Part shown: positions 1-13,099 of the stretch, in pieces
How positions within the stretch are numbered: position 1 is the first letter of the stretch
Layout of the letters: each line of letters starts with the position of its first letter
Origin: Camelus dromedarius
Lineage: Eukaryota
Direction: 5' to 3'
Length of the DNA: 64,000 nt
NCBI RefSeq assembly: GCF_036321535.1
Contig: NC_087436.1
Span: 9,176,001-9,240,000 of the forward strand
Notes under the pieces: generated by a model
Databases searched by the model: none
What the model was told of the DNA's origin: nothing
What the model saw: the letters and a program-made list of their open reading frames with translations, nothing else
Translations under genes and position numbers: made by a program

Positions 1-839
1 TCTAGACCTAAGCAGGGGCGGGCCGAATCACATCTATTTCAAGTATCCTGATTTACAGGGCTGGGGGCCAGAAAAAACACAGAGGTCAGATACGGGGCAC
101 TTTAGAATTTCAAAAATTTAATCTTTCCACCCTGAGAGGGAGGAACTTGGTAGCGGCGTTAAAAATCCCTGCCTTGCCAGTTCGTCAGAGTTTGACAATA
201 GGGCACCTTTGTTAGAGGTGAGAGAGATGAAATCATTTTCAGAAGCGGGAAGAAAGTGCAATCAAGGAAACTGCAGGCATCTGTATTTCTCTGGGGGATT
301 TTGCTATCTGCTCTCTGGGAGGAACTAATTCCAACTAATCTAGGGGAGGAAGTTGTTGGGCCCCCTAAGATTGTCAACCTGTGAACTCTCATATGCTATT
401 CAGTTACTGTAACTAATTATTTTAAAATCTGGCTTTGGCTTAATTATTAGAAATTGATCAAAACTGTCTCAATCTGTAGCAAAGAAGTAGTAGCAATAGA
501 ATTCTAATGTTCAGAAGCTGAGAGTCGAGCTTCATCTAAGTATCTTTGTGTGCTTTTGAGCTTCTGATAATATTTGTAGTTTTCCAAAACACGAATAAGG
601 TAGAAATGAGAGTCTGGTCTGCAGTGTACAATTAAGAAATTCCAAGGTCACACAGAGAACATTAGAAGGTCACCCTGAGTCTCCCTCTGGGGTCCCCACT
701 CAGGTTTTCTACAGCATACAAAGCAGAAGAGGGGGACTACCCTGATGGCCACTGATGACTTTTTCTTCAACTCCCTGTGCTTTTTTTCCTCCTCATTCTT
801 CCTTCTTCTCGCCCTCATTTGTTCCTTGTTTAGGTATTC

Positions 840-1419
840 TGTTAGAGCAGGCAGATAGCTAGATAGGAGCAGAGTAAGGGGGGCACAGACCAAATGCAGG
901 AAACCCTACAACATGTAAGCACCAGGGGTCCCTGGGCAGAGAAAGAAAAGCAGGAACCTTTGGGCTGGTAAGTGGTCATACCTTTTTAGCTGATGAGTAG
1001 CCTGGAGACTGACAAAGAAAGGTGGGAAAAAGCAGAAATCTCCAGTGTCCAAATGCAACCTTTTGCTCATTACACCCTCATTTCAATAAAATTAGCCTTG
1101 TAGATCAGAAGAACCCATCATGCACTGACATCATGGACTAAACATGGACAAAAATCTCTCCTCCCCTCGGGAAGGTGGAGTTGGGATGAAAATCAGTGAA
1201 TATGACCTCAAACCCTCCCCTCCCCAGTGAATATTCTGCCCATTCATTTTTACACCCTATGTAAGCAACTTGCCAAAGAAACTCAGGGCAGCCTGCCCGG
1301 TCTCCCCTCGAGAGTGCACTATCCATCCCTTAAAAAATCCCCACTTAGCTTTTTCAACCTCCATATATCCTCTCTGAATTCTTTTGCAGCTGGACAAGAA
1401 CCTGTATTCGTGGGCAACA
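840..1419 (+). mobile_element. Solo LTR, ERV1-like endogenous retrovirus
   Basis: Starts TGTT and ends AACA (TG...CA termini). Perfect 4-bp TSD ATTC at 836-839 and 1420-1423. Length 580 bp. The 5' end (tgttag...agata...gggggcacag) resembles the LTR at 39173. Orientation inferred from that resemblance. Confidence 0.8.
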
Positions 1420-1925
1420 ATTCCATGCAGCATCTTATTTTACTACAAATACTGACAACATTCAGATACTTTAAAATGATGCCCTTCTCTCAGTCTCGGT
1501 CAGTGTTTTAGCTGGGGCCAGGCACAGGGTGGCCTAGATAAATACTCCTAAATTGAAGCCATAAAGCTCTATCAGAAGTAGTTCCTTGGAAATTATGAAC
1601 CTTCCTAAATTTGGGATAACTGGCACCTTAAAGAGATGCTTCCTTTCTTCTGTGTCTGCCTCGAAGGGATTTGCAGTGAGCAAGTCTAGAACACAAAGGA
1701 CAGAGATCACAGTGCTCATGTGCCCGCTTCTCCTCTGTCTGTCGGGACCCATTGTTATCTGGCGTCCCCACAGCTACCCCCGTTCTCCGGGGCTCTCTGA
1801 CATTTTCCCTGTCTCCAAAGGAACCGAACTCATTGTGCTTACGTTGGAAATGCACCTAATCCTGAGAGCTGGGGAGATTGTGATCTGGCCCCAACTTTTG
1901 TAAATCACTGAAATTGTTTTGATTC

Positions 1926-1953
1926 TTTTTTTTTTTTTTTTTTTTTTTTTTTT
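1926..1953. repeat. poly(T)28 tract
   Basis: Directly visible homopolymer. Confidence 0.95.
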
Positions 1954-2119
1954 GGTCAATCATAGGAGTTGGCGTGAATGAACTTCTGGTCTCTTAAAGC
2001 TCAAAATTCAGATCTGTAACCCATAGCTTCCACTATCCTCTCTTTTTCCCACACACAGTTTATTTTCCCTCACGTCCACCTCTGGGCCCCCTTAACTGTA
2101 AAATGCTGAGAAGTAAGAA

Positions 2120-3110
2120 TAACCCGGAAACGTCAAGCGCTGCGGCATCTCAGGCGATGGAGGCTTCGTGGAAGTGCGCTGGGGGAGAATGAGCTTAGTT
2201 AGGTGACCTAGAAAGGTAACGCAGAACAATCCATTTGAAAATATGTGATGACGTTGCCCCTGAAGTTTCCCATCTTGCAAGGTGGAGTTTTTTTTGGTTT
2301 TTTTTTTGCAAGGTGTATTTTAATCCATAATTGGTGGATGGGCTTCAAGCTAGCAATTACGCATGCTTTTCGTTAAATGACACGGGAGACCACCCATTTT
2401 AATTTGTTTGGAAAGCTATCTGAAAGAAATAAAGAAAAAAAAAAGAATTTGGTAGCTGATCAGTTTCCAAGGTGGGTTTTTTTAAACAATGCAATAACGT
2501 TGGAAGAAATTAACAATTTAACCCCTTTGGATTTTGCTCCTGGAGAAGGTAATCCCATAGTCCCTTTCACATGCTGGAGGAAAGCAGACCAACCAAGGAA
2601 TTACCCTCCACGGGCCTCAGAGGAGGGGTTTTAACCGAGTGGAATCATGGCTGGTGGTCTCATATTCCCATAAATGCGCACGGCTCAGTCTGGTGGAAGA
2701 GCTGTGTTTACCACCGCTGATGTTTATAATCAGTGTTAACAGAGGAAGCCGAGACCGTCAGCCAGCCAGTCCTTTTCTTCTCTTGTTAACTGGGCTTGTT
2801 ATTACCGTTCCCTCAATTTCCTGGAGGATTCATGTACATAATCATGTCAGCTGCTAAGCTGGTGGAAATTGAAGCCATTCTGCATTTTGAAAGCATTAGC
2901 GTGTGCCAACTTAGCAGCTACAGAAATTGATGCTCTGCCTTCCACTTCTTAAAAACTTCCAGCAGCTTCAGCAGCTCTAGTTTTGTGGTGGATGTGTGTT
3001 GTCAGCATAGAAAAAGTTGCGTTTCTGCAATTATCTCCCTAATGAGATCATCCTGGAGCCAATCAAAATAATGAAGTCTTCAAAATAGATTTACTCAGGT
3101 TTCGCTACTA
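2120..3110. promoter_or_regulatory. Putative enhancer-like non-coding element
   Basis: No recognisable repeat. Locally elevated CpG density at 2120-2260, a TGACG half-CRE, homeobox-like TAAT motifs and an inverted repeat at 2845-2922. Function is inferred only. Confidence 0.3.
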
Positions 3111-3427
3111 TTAGTATTTGTTTGAATCATCTGGTTAAGCTCTTTGTGTTCATCATATTGTTAGTCAGATAAACTTTATGCCTCCATTTCATTTATATTT
3201 AAATTGTAATTAATAATAATTGGTTTAGAACAGAGTAGCTCTTTTTTAAAAAAATAATGTATTATAAAAAGGATGTATATTCATTGTAAGCATTTATAAA
3301 ACACATTTGAGGAAAAAAACCCAACAAAAATTTCTTGTAACTCCACCATCCAGAGTCAATGATGCTTAATATTTTGGTGCATTTCAGTGTTTTCCTTATG
3401 CATGTAATCTAAAATAAATGTCTTAAA

Positions 3428-3560
3428 GGGGAGGGTATAGCTCAGCGGTAGAGTGCATGCCTAAGATGCACAAGGTCCTGGGTTCAATCCCCAGTACCTC
3501 TATTAAGTAAGTAAACCTAATTACTTCCCAACCTCCAAAAATTAAATTAAATTAAGTTAA
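3428..3560 (+). mobile_element. tRNA-Ala-derived SINE, camelid Vic-1-like
   Basis: GGGGAGGGTATAGCTCAGCGGTAGAGTGCATG...GGTCCTGGGTTCAATCCCCAGTACCTC with Pol III A and B boxes, then an aaacctaattac block and an A/T-rich tail. Confidence 0.9.
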
Positions 3561-3759
3561 AGTAAATAACTTACAGTACAGTTTAACCCATTTCAATATG
3601 GCTTCACCTCCCCCCATGGCCCCTCAATAAGCCACAAAAAGGTATCTCATTGAGGCTTTTGCATCCTCATTGCTGTTAAATTTAATGAAATCCTCAGAAT
3701 ACTTTCTTACTGGCCTTGGCTTTCCCTATATAATTGGGTATCACTATATATTTCAGTCT

Positions 3760-3858
3760 CTCTGAGCTCATGGGTCATACCCGTCTTATTTAGCTCCATA
3801 GTGCTAGCACAGTACATGGCACATACTATGGCCCCTTAGATATTTTGTTGAATAAACA
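3760..3858 (+). mobile_element. L2 LINE 3' end relic
   Basis: ctagcacagtacatggcacatac...atattttgttgaataaa resembles the L2 3' terminus. Confidence 0.55.
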
Positions 3859-4158
3859 GTCACATCCTTCATCTTCAAACAATATCTGCATTCTATCTTA
3901 TGGCAGTAAACTTTGTGGATTTTCCACTACTTTTCTACAAGGGCACTCCAAATCTTATTTTTATCTTGTTCCTCGCTACTTTCAATGCTGGTGTCTTCCT
4001 GTTCCACATTTCCATCTCTCACAATCTGCCTGATTCTCCACACACTCTCCTTATTTCAGTAGCCATCTAGATGGTTACCTTTCCTAAATCAAAATCCATT
4101 ACAGATCTTCTCTTACCAGATTCATCACTGTGACTGTCTACGGTAGCTTTCCACTTTG

Positions 4159-4191
4159 ACACACACGTGCACACACACACACACACACACA
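4159..4191. repeat. Interrupted (AC)n microsatellite
   Basis: acacacacgtgc followed by (ac)10. Confidence 0.95.
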
Positions 4192-4712
4192 TCTCAGAAA
4201 CAACAGGTCCTAAGCCAAAAAGCTCACCCTCTCACCTCTCCCCAGATAACCATCTCTCTGGGAGATCTTTAGGAAGATTCAGACCCAAAATGGGCTTGAC
4301 CTTGAGGAAAGCTGAGACTCCAGTTGTAGGTGAAAAAGGAGAAGAATTGAAGACACCCTGGAGGAGGACCATGCCCCCATGGTGATTACTTTTGAGGGAA
4401 ATGCATCCACAAACTAAACTCTTCACTAGGAGTGTGTCGGATTTACAACTCTAGGGTTGGGGGACGGAGGACGTGGACGTAAAAGTCCCTGTGAAAAGGA
4501 TTAGGACTGAGGGAGATTTGGTTAGAGAATTAACCAATAAACCTGGACAGAACTCTGCAGCAGTAGACTGAATTAACAAGCTAAACAAGTTAGAAAGGGG
4601 CCATCACTCTACACTGGAAAATCCAGCCTGGGAATATGGCCACTTACACACCAAAAGAACATCTGCCAGGTGACAGTATGATTGCAAAATTATAAATTTC
4701 TTGCCTAAAATT

Positions 4713-4996
4713 ATATTTTCCAAAACGCATTCTGCAGAGCATTCGTAATATATTAATTGGATTTATAAGGGAAGGAAACTGACTTAGTTGGTCAAATAAA
4801 ATTTAAAAAACTGAGGTAAGAAATAATTTTAGGAAGGACTTCTCAGAGGCTTCAGTTTGATAATATGTACTGAAAACTCCAAGAGGAAGCTGTAGTATGC
4901 AGGGTTTCTTAAATATATTTAACAGCAACTCCTATTTTTTAACAAGAGCATATAAAGGGATAAATAGACATGATTAAACTTTGAACTAGACGGCTA
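4713..4996. mobile_element. hAT-Charlie DNA transposon relic, MER103C-like
   Basis: Blocks tggtcaaataa, ggacttctcagag and ctccaagagg...tagtatgcag...tttc...atttaa occur in the order recalled for the MER103C consensus. Confidence 0.65.
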
Positions 4997-5574
4997 TAAA
5001 TAATTGCAGGCACCCCAGTTGCTGCACTGAGTACTAAGTAAAACAAGAATTTAAAAAATGCATTGTACTAAGCAATTAAAAACATGTTTAAATTCTATCT
5101 AACTTTGTCTCAGCTATTTTGCTACGTTCGCTATAAATCAATAGTTATCATCATAATTCTGCCAGAGAAAATAAATAAATGCTGGTGAATATTTTCTGCA
5201 TGATGAGTAATTACAGTATGTGCCCCCAAATTTTCAACATGCATATTTAGTTGTTCACAAAAACAAAAGCTCTGTAGACATGGTCTAGGTCACAATCTAC
5301 GGAAGTCCACTATTTAGAATCTGGAGACTTTCTATATATATATGAACACACACTCTGACTAGATAGACATAAATAAGTGGAATATAAGCCTCTCTCTTGT
5401 AAATGTACGAAGTGATGTATGCAGGTCGACAATCCAGCTCTAATCCGAATATGAAACAGGTTTCTGAGAAAGCACAGTGTGACAGAAAGAATATTTCAGA
5501 GTTACAGAAACTCCAATTAAGTAATTAAATGAGTTACTTAATTTGATTAGTATTTATTGTAATTTACCCAATTT

Positions 5575-6375
5575 ACCAATTAAAGGACAGTGACATACTG
5601 GAGCTCATCTTAATACATGTAGATATGATTCTGTTAATTAAATTTAAGATAATGTTTGATAAAAACACTTAGCAAACTCAGAATAGAAGGGAACTACCTA
5701 ACCTAAAAAAGGACATCTATTTAAAAAAAAAGAAAAGAAAAAATATTAAAACATCATACTAATTAAAATAATTAATAAACCAGCAACAAAAAAAAATGGT
5801 TCCTGTTATCAATGCTATTTAGGATTGTTCTGGAGCCCTAGTCAGTGTAGTTAAAAAAGAAAAAAATAAAATAAAATCTAATCTATGACTGGAGAGTTGA
5901 GCAAAACTCTGTTTATTTTTAATGGTGTGATTGTCTATATAAAAAGCTCCAAATGCTTTTTTGTTATTAGAATAAACAAGGGTGGCTGAACCCAAAGGAT
6001 ATTCGGCATGCAGCACACAACTGCAAGTCTTTAGGCTGCAACATTCGGTTAGAAAATATATTAAAAAAAATTAACATTTAGTGTGTCAATAAAAAAACAT
6101 AAAAGCTCTTTATAGAATGAATTAAAATATTTTAGTGAAAACATTGAACAATATTAAATGAATGGTGACATTGACTATATCTTGGAGAGACTTCTCTATC
6201 ATAAATATATCAATATTCCTCAAACTGAGCAAAAGAATCAGTGCAGTTCCGATCTACACCCCAATGGGGTTCTTTACAGAACCTGATTAACTGATTTTAA
6301 ATTGCATATGAAAGAAGAAAAAGCCAAGACGTCTGAGAGATGCCACGGGAAGAACCAGGTGGGGAAATTGACAAG
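5575..6375 (+). mobile_element. Old L1M ORF2 fragment, degraded
   Basis: L1 RT-region-like text (cttagcaaactcagaatagaagggaactacct; gttctggagccctagtcagtg; ttttaaattgcatatgaaag) with many stops and indels. Confidence 0.7.
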
Positions 6376-6391
6376 TAAAGAGAATGTCAGC

Positions 6392-6835
6392 CAGATAAAA
6401 GAATAAAATAATGTCATTTGCCACAACATGGATGGACCTGGAGATCATCATTCTAGGTGAAGTAAGCCAGACAGAGAAACAAAAATACCATATGATATCA
6501 CTTGTAAGTGGAATCTAAAAAAAAAAAAAAAAAAAAAAAAGCTTTACTAGAGGTAAAGGGGGTGGGGAGGGGTAAATTGAGAGTTTGAGATTTGCAAATA
6601 TTAACTACTATATATAAAATACATAAAAAAGCAAGTTTCTTCTGTGCAGCACAGGACACTTTACTCAATATCTTGTAGTAACCTATAATGAAAAAGACTA
6701 TGAAAACAAATGTATGTATGTATATATATGACTGAGCATCATGCTGTACATCAGAAATTGACACACTGTAATTGACTATACTTCAATAAAAAATAAAATT
6801 TTTAAAAATTATAAAAAGTGAAAATTAGAAAGAAA
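6392..6835 (+). mobile_element. Lineage L1 3' end (ORF2 C-terminus, 3'UTR, A-rich tail)
   Basis: caacatggatggacctggagatcatcattct...gactatacttcaataaa. Internal A-run expanded, and a segment present in the 49-kb copy is missing. Confidence 0.9.
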
Positions 6836-6859
6836 GAGAGAGAGAGAGCAATGACATCT

Positions 6860-7260
6860 GCAGTGAAAGAAGGGAGCAAACTGTCTAGTAGTTCAAGGAA
6901 AGTGCGACCTGAGGCTGAGCAAGGTCTGCAGTAACCACAGGGCATCTGACCTCAGTGCAGATCTCGGGGGCCCGTAAGACCAGTTCTGGTGAGGATGAAT
7001 TTGAAGACAGAAATTTGAGAAAGTGGGTAGAGATGACTTTTTGAGGAATTTTGAACAAAACAAAATGGAGTGACAGCTGAAGGATAATTGTGGTCAAAAG
7101 AGTTTTGCTTGTTTGTTGGGTTTAAAGATGGGAAAATGACAACATTCTTTTCTGCTGATGAAAATGGTCCGGCAGAGCCGAACCCATGGATGGGGTGGAA
7201 AGAGGGGAGAGAATCCTTGGAGCTGAGTCCTTGAGTAGCTAAGGGAAGAGGTGATACAGT
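6860..7260 (-). mobile_element. L2 LINE fragment
   Basis: ggtagagatgactttttgaggaattttg and gggtttaaagatgggaaaatgac resemble antisense L2 ORF2. Confidence 0.5.
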
Positions 7261-7349
7261 CATTGATTTTTCCAAAATCTTTTTAAAGAAGATGAGAGAA
7301 CAAGGATGCTCCGTCAGGCACGAATACCTGCATGACATTCACTGTGATT

Positions 7350-7512
7350 TCTGTCAACTATTAGCAAAGTGACTTTAGTCAAATTATTTCGACTCGAATT
7401 CAGCTTTCACCTGGGCAATCATTGCTTCTTATGAGGCTGCTGTGTGAATTAAATGACATCTGACAATTCGCTTACACACATTAGTCTCTCAGACAATGAC
7501 AACTATTAGTAT
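7350..7512 (+). mobile_element. MIR SINE relic
   Basis: gtgactttagtcaaattattt...gctgctgtgtgaattaaatgac resembles the MIR core. Confidence 0.5.
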
Positions 7513-8302
7513 TCCAGTTTGTTAATGAGAAAATCAACCCATCCATCCCTGAACTATTTCTCTGATTGCTAGCATCATTGAAAGTCTCAAAGGTAACATC
7601 TATAGCTGTTTAGCAAACTAATGCAGGGAGTTTAGCTAATATACAATATATAATATAGGGTAAAATAGAGTATGTTTTGCTGAGAAAAAAACCCACTGAT
7701 AATCCAATGATAGATAACATTAGAAATATTAACTCAAACAACACCTACACTTCTTTTCGTAACAACTGAAGTTTATATTAAATTAGGTCATTTTGTTTCT
7801 AGTATAGATACTAAACTATAATGTCCAAAAAAATTACTTTTAAAAGTTATTCACTGTAGCTTGATCTGTATTAAGGCATTTGCATATGCTTGCTAAATTT
7901 AAATTAAATTAGATTTAGCCCAAGTTATCTTACTTTAAAATGTTAATTATGAATTCACATTCTCACTGCCAAGTGTCCTTATAGAATTTAAATCTGAGAG
8001 CGGATGATCATTTTTTCAAGATCAGAATTTGTACCAAAGACAATCTTACACATGTTTAATGGTCAACATAATCGTTAATGCTCCTTACTAATTGGACGTG
8101 TAATTGGCATCATTACTAATTTAAATGTTGAAATCATATTATTTTCTTCTTATATTTCCTGTTTTTACTGCAAGTGTTACTTGACTTCCATAATCGTTGT
8201 CAGTAGCACTTGTTTGGATACCTGGATAATCACACTTCAAAAGACTAAGGCTTAGAAAATCTCAAATCTCAACAGCTAAAGTGACATTACATCTGACTTT
8301 TA

Positions 8303-8325
8303 ACACACACACACACACACACACA
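8303..8325. repeat. (AC)n microsatellite
   Basis: Directly visible. Confidence 0.95.
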
Positions 8326-9730
8326 GAAGCATGCTTTTATAGAGTTTCTAAGCAGAATTTTCTCTAAAGCTCTTTGTTTTCTTTCAAGATTACACAGTTG
8401 GAGTGTGAACATTACTGTTCTCATGATAATGCATATTTTAGAGTCCAGATTATCTACTGAGAAAATCCAAGACAGTGACATTCCCAGGGTGACACCCCAA
8501 TTACAGAGCTTCCATCATTCTGTCTGAAACAAAACCTGCCAACAGAGTTGAAAGCTTTGGTTAACCATATCAGGAAAGCCAGGAAGAGCAGGGAAGGGCC
8601 TTCATAGGGCTCACTGGGGAAAAGGACGTGCCTGGCAACTGGTCTGTGGGAGATAAACAAAACGTTCTCTAATGTGATCCAAAGTTAATGAACTTTCAAG
8701 CATGCACAGAAAGAACAAAATCCAAATGCACACATCACTGATTTATACAACTATAACTTAATTATTGGGGAGGAATTTCCATTTGTGTTATATGTTCTAT
8801 TATCGATGTAACTCAATTGGATTGCCTTCTTGTATTTGCATTTTAATGCACTGTGAGGATTTAATTTGAACTTTTCTCCCACAAGGCTATTCCAAATGGG
8901 AATTTATTTCTAGGTGACTATTTGAGCTGTATTCCATTCATTACCATCAAACATGTCATAGTATGCTATGATGCATACAATCACTTAGAGTCTGTGATTA
9001 GTATGGAATCAAATTCAACTTAAATTTTTAAATAACTTTGTCAGCTCCGGAGGATGACACCAAATCTTCATGATGAGGTTGTAAATATCACAGAACATCA
9101 CGATCGTCTTGAAAATGTGAATAGAAAAACATAATGATCAAAAAGAAAAAAGTGAATGCATATTTCATCAAATTACCAGTACAGAAAAGCAAAAAGAATT
9201 AACTAAAATCAGAAATGCATGTCGTATGGTGATCCAGTGTGTTAAATGAATATTTTCAAAACCCTGTTTTTTTGTTATGGAATTTTCTTATCAAATGCTT
9301 GTAAAGGTGTGTGTTTTAGAAATGTGAAGCTTCTTCTGAACAGTAGATATCCACACAAAATTATTGTTGTAAGTGTCTATATAATTCAATAGCATTTGAA
9401 ATAAGCACACATCCACTATCAGTACACATACACACATAATTCATACAAGCATGTGCATTTATATATATAGATAGTTAGAAACTTATAAAATAGGAGAATT
9501 TATTTTTTGACAAATAATGAAAGTGAAATTTTATAACTATCTCAACTTTTTCATGAGTTTTAAGAAGTAAAAATAAAAATGTCTATTTAGAAACATTTAG
9601 GGCAAAATGCCTATGGAATGTCACTAGTGGTTATGAAATAAATAAACCTTTCTTCTCAAAAGGTCTATAAAAATGCAAGTTTAGAGAGGTTTTTATACAG
9701 TGCATAGTCAGTCAAGATTGTAGTTTCTCC

Positions 9731-9858
9731 TTTTCTGTTGAAATAAGAGTCAGTTTACAATGTTGCATCAATTTCTGGTGTACAGCATAATGTTTCAGTC
9801 ACACATATACATACATACATACATTCGTTTTCATATTCTTTTTCATTATGGGTTACTA
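9731..9858 (-). mobile_element. Short L1 3'UTR fragment
   Basis: gtcagtttacaatgttgcatcaatttctggtgtacagcataatgtttcagtc is the reverse complement of the L1 3' end at 49560-49660. Confidence 0.85.
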
Positions 9859-10039
9859 GGATTCTATTTTTCAAATTGCATTCTTTGCCTGTGCTATATA
9901 TTCTTTGATAGTTGGCAGGAAAAAAGTCTTCTCCTAGAATTAAAAAAAAAAAAAAAAGAACTAATGAAGAGTACTCCTTCTTATGCCACTGTTATCTCAA
10001 CATGGGCATCAGGATATGCCACAGAGGGAAAGAAAACAG

Positions 10040-10200
10040 AGAGAAGTAGGGACCTGCCCTTCAATGTTCCCAGAGGGGAGAGACCCTGCTGTATCTGCTC
10101 TGCTTTCATTGGCCAAACAAGTCATGTGGCCACACCTCACGGTGAGAGGACGTGGCCTTGTGATCAGGAGTAAAGAACTGGTGAGAAGTCATCATTTCTA
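10040..10200 (-). mobile_element. Old MaLR (MLT1) LTR fragment
   Basis: tcattggccaaacaagtcatgtggccacacct resembles old MLT1 subfamilies. Confidence 0.5.
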
Positions 10201-10949
10201 CCACGATTCAGAACCTTTTATATCGTAGAGTTGATAATACCTGAATGGGCATTATGATTCTCCAAGGCTGTATTGAATATCCTCAACTTTTTGAAAAAGT
10301 GATTTTTTTTTAAGTAGGATATTTTTGCATGAAATTTCTATGAATATATCTTAAAGAGCACTTTATGCTATATTTTAACTCTGGGACGGATAAATAGACT
10401 ACAAGTATTTCACAGTTGTGTTTTAGTAGTTAAAAATTTGATGTTTTTATTTACTAAGATATATCTGTAATAATTTCTTATTCATATAGAATGATAGGGA
10501 AGGAAATAATAATGAATTTCTGGAACACAGACATTCACCAATTAAGCACTCAAATGTTATTTTATTTCTAACACTTGGATGGGCATGTCTATATAACTAA
10601 TAACATCAATGTCTATAACTCTATTATCTAAGTATCATTTATATATTTGTCTATTATCTAGATAAAGAATACTTCTTCTTTAATTGAAATACTTGTGAAG
10701 CTTTGGGATGAACCTATCCTAATGGCAGGATCAAATACAGAATTCCCTTCCTAGGATCAAATCTTTAATAATGACCTTCTGTCATAATTTCTACACTCCT
10801 TACACAGAGGAGTATTAAAACATATTCAACTTTATGATTTTCTGTACAGCATAAAATTACTGATTAGCCAAAGAAATGAATCACTATATTTGTAGTCTAA
10901 CTAGTCTTCTTGTCATGTTTTTCTTTGTCTACCTCATTTTAAAAGATTT

Positions 10950-11056
10950 AAAAAATTTTTTTTAATTTTATTAATTTTAATGGAGGTACTGGGGATTGAA
11001 CCCAAGACCTTGTGTTTGCTAAGCATGTGCTCTACCACTGAGCTCTACCCTCCCCC
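10950..11056 (-). mobile_element. Vic-1-like SINE, short-tail form
   Basis: tggaggtactggggattgaaccc...ctaccactgagctctaccctccccc. TSD TTAAAAGATTT at 10939-10949 and 11057-11067. Confidence 0.92.
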
Positions 11057-11069
11057 TTAAAAGATTTTT

Positions 11070-11350
11070 ATAGTTTTCACAAGACTTAGATTTACAGAAA
11101 AGATAGTACATATTTTGCATACTAGATCATAACTCAACTCCTCATATCTCTTACTAGAAACATCTTATTAGTGTGATATATTTGTCACAATTAATGAACC
11201 AGTACCAATACACTATTACCAACTAAAGTCCATACTTTACTCTGAGTTCTCAGATTTAACGTAACGTCCTCTTTCTTTCCCAAGATCTCATTGAAGACAT
11301 CACATGATATTTAGTCATCAGGTTTCTCTAGGCTCTTCTTAGCTGTGTTC
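11070..11350 (-). mobile_element. Old L1 (L1MC/MD-type) 3'UTR fragment
   Basis: atttgtcacaattaatgaaccagtaccaatacactattaccaactaaagtccatacttta is characteristic antisense old-L1 3'UTR text. Confidence 0.7.
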
Positions 11351-12720
11351 TTGCTTGTTTTCTAACTTTTATGTTTTCAAAATTTTGTAAATATTCTTAT
11401 CCGGGAATTAGTTTCTAAATGTATCTATTTATTTTTAAGTCACTCTCTCTAACCTACCATAGAAATGTTTCTTTTCAAATAATGCCAATCAAGTTCAACG
11501 TCAAGAAACATTTCACGAGAAGCTGTTTTCACAACAGGCAAAAATTGGATTTTCAATCTACAACAGTTCTTTGATGCTTGGTTTCCCCAAGTGTATCCTA
11601 TAATAAAAGCTTTAAGATTTCTTTTTTTGTACAGAATCATACATTCACTCTATTATTGTGAGAAAATACAAAATAGAGTGATAAGTCCACATTGGAGTCA
11701 GTTTTGTACACAATTTAAGTTGGAATTCTACTTGGGATCAATTCACTTTTCTTTCTCTGATGACGCTTTCTAGAAGCATTTTTATTGTTTGTATCATTTC
11801 CTTAGTTTGCTTATTCACTTGTATCTGCAAAACTAATGTTCTAACTATATAGATCGCTTAAGTAAATAACAGGTATTTATACCTGAATGGTTCATGCATC
11901 TTAATCACCTAAATCACAATCTGAGTTACCCGGAATCTGGCAGCTTATTGGTGAATATTCAATGAAGTTTGATATCTAAAAGTAATAAATAGATATTTAA
12001 ACAATTAAGCTATCAGAACCTTCCCATATTAGATAAGTTTCTAAGAAAATTATATTATTCCCTACTGGGTGATCAGTCCTTCCCTCTGATACCCACAACT
12101 AGTCCATCATTAAAAAAATCCTCGAGTACAATTCAAATTAATGTAAGATCAAAGGCATTGCTGGTATTTTTTTTAGTGTGAAAATTATTGTGTCACCTTA
12201 AATTCTGTTATGTCTAGAATTTGGAGTTTTATTGCATTTACAACCATTTTATTGAGTATATACATGATTCTAGTGGATCTTCAACTTTTAATATGTCAAC
12301 ATAATACTCAATTGAAAATGTAGTTATATACATTTGTAAGTATGGAAATTCTAACTGACATGAGAGTTTTAGAAGATATACATTATATATTATAAAAATA
12401 GAATATTACCTATGTCATATTAAACAGGATTAAAGTTAGACTTTTCACTGTCACTAATAAATTATCACTTATGTAGTTCACTCCCCAAAAGTTAATTGTG
12501 TTCATATTAAACATGTAAAAGTATTGTACAGTATAGCACAAAAAAATGATATGAAACTTCTTAAGTCCATGTGATTTATTACCATACTTTGTTTTTCAGA
12601 GTCAGGCATTATTAACTTGCATTTCAAAAGGAATGATTTGCCAAATCAATTTATAAATGAATACAGCTTATATAAATTAAAATGACTTTTAAGTGCTATA
12701 ATGATTGCAAAGGGGTATAC

Positions 12721-13099
12721 TTTTTTTTTTTTTACTAAAGTATCGTAGATTTGCAGTGATGTGTTAGTTAGGTGTACAGCAAAGTGATTCAGTTACACAT
12801 ATGTACATATAGATATATTCTTTTTCAGATTCTTTTCCATTATAACTTATTACAAGATAGTGAACATAGTTCCCAGTGCTGTATGGTAGGTTCTTGTTAT
12901 TTATCTATTTTATATATAGTAGTGTGTGTCTGCAAATCTCAAACTCTCAAATTATCTCTTCTCACTCCACACCCCACTGGTAACCATAAGTTTGTTTTCT
13001 ATGTCTGTGAGTCTTTCTGTTTTGTAAAAAAGTTCATTTATATCCCTTTTTTTTTTTAGATTCCACATATAAGTGATATCATATGATATCTGTCTTTAC
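12721..13099 (-). mobile_element. Lineage L1 3' end with poly(A) tail
   Basis: T-tract at 12721 and ttagattccacatataagtgatatc at the ORF2 end. Degenerate TSD caaaggggtatactt (12708) / caaagggtaaactct (13100). Confidence 0.9.

Noticed and set aside
9045..9222. Plus-strand coiled-coil-like reading LRRMTPNLHDEVV...KELTKIRNAC
   Set aside because: Needs a frameshift and has a weak acceptor. The K/E/Q richness is explained by the complement of a pyrimidine tract.
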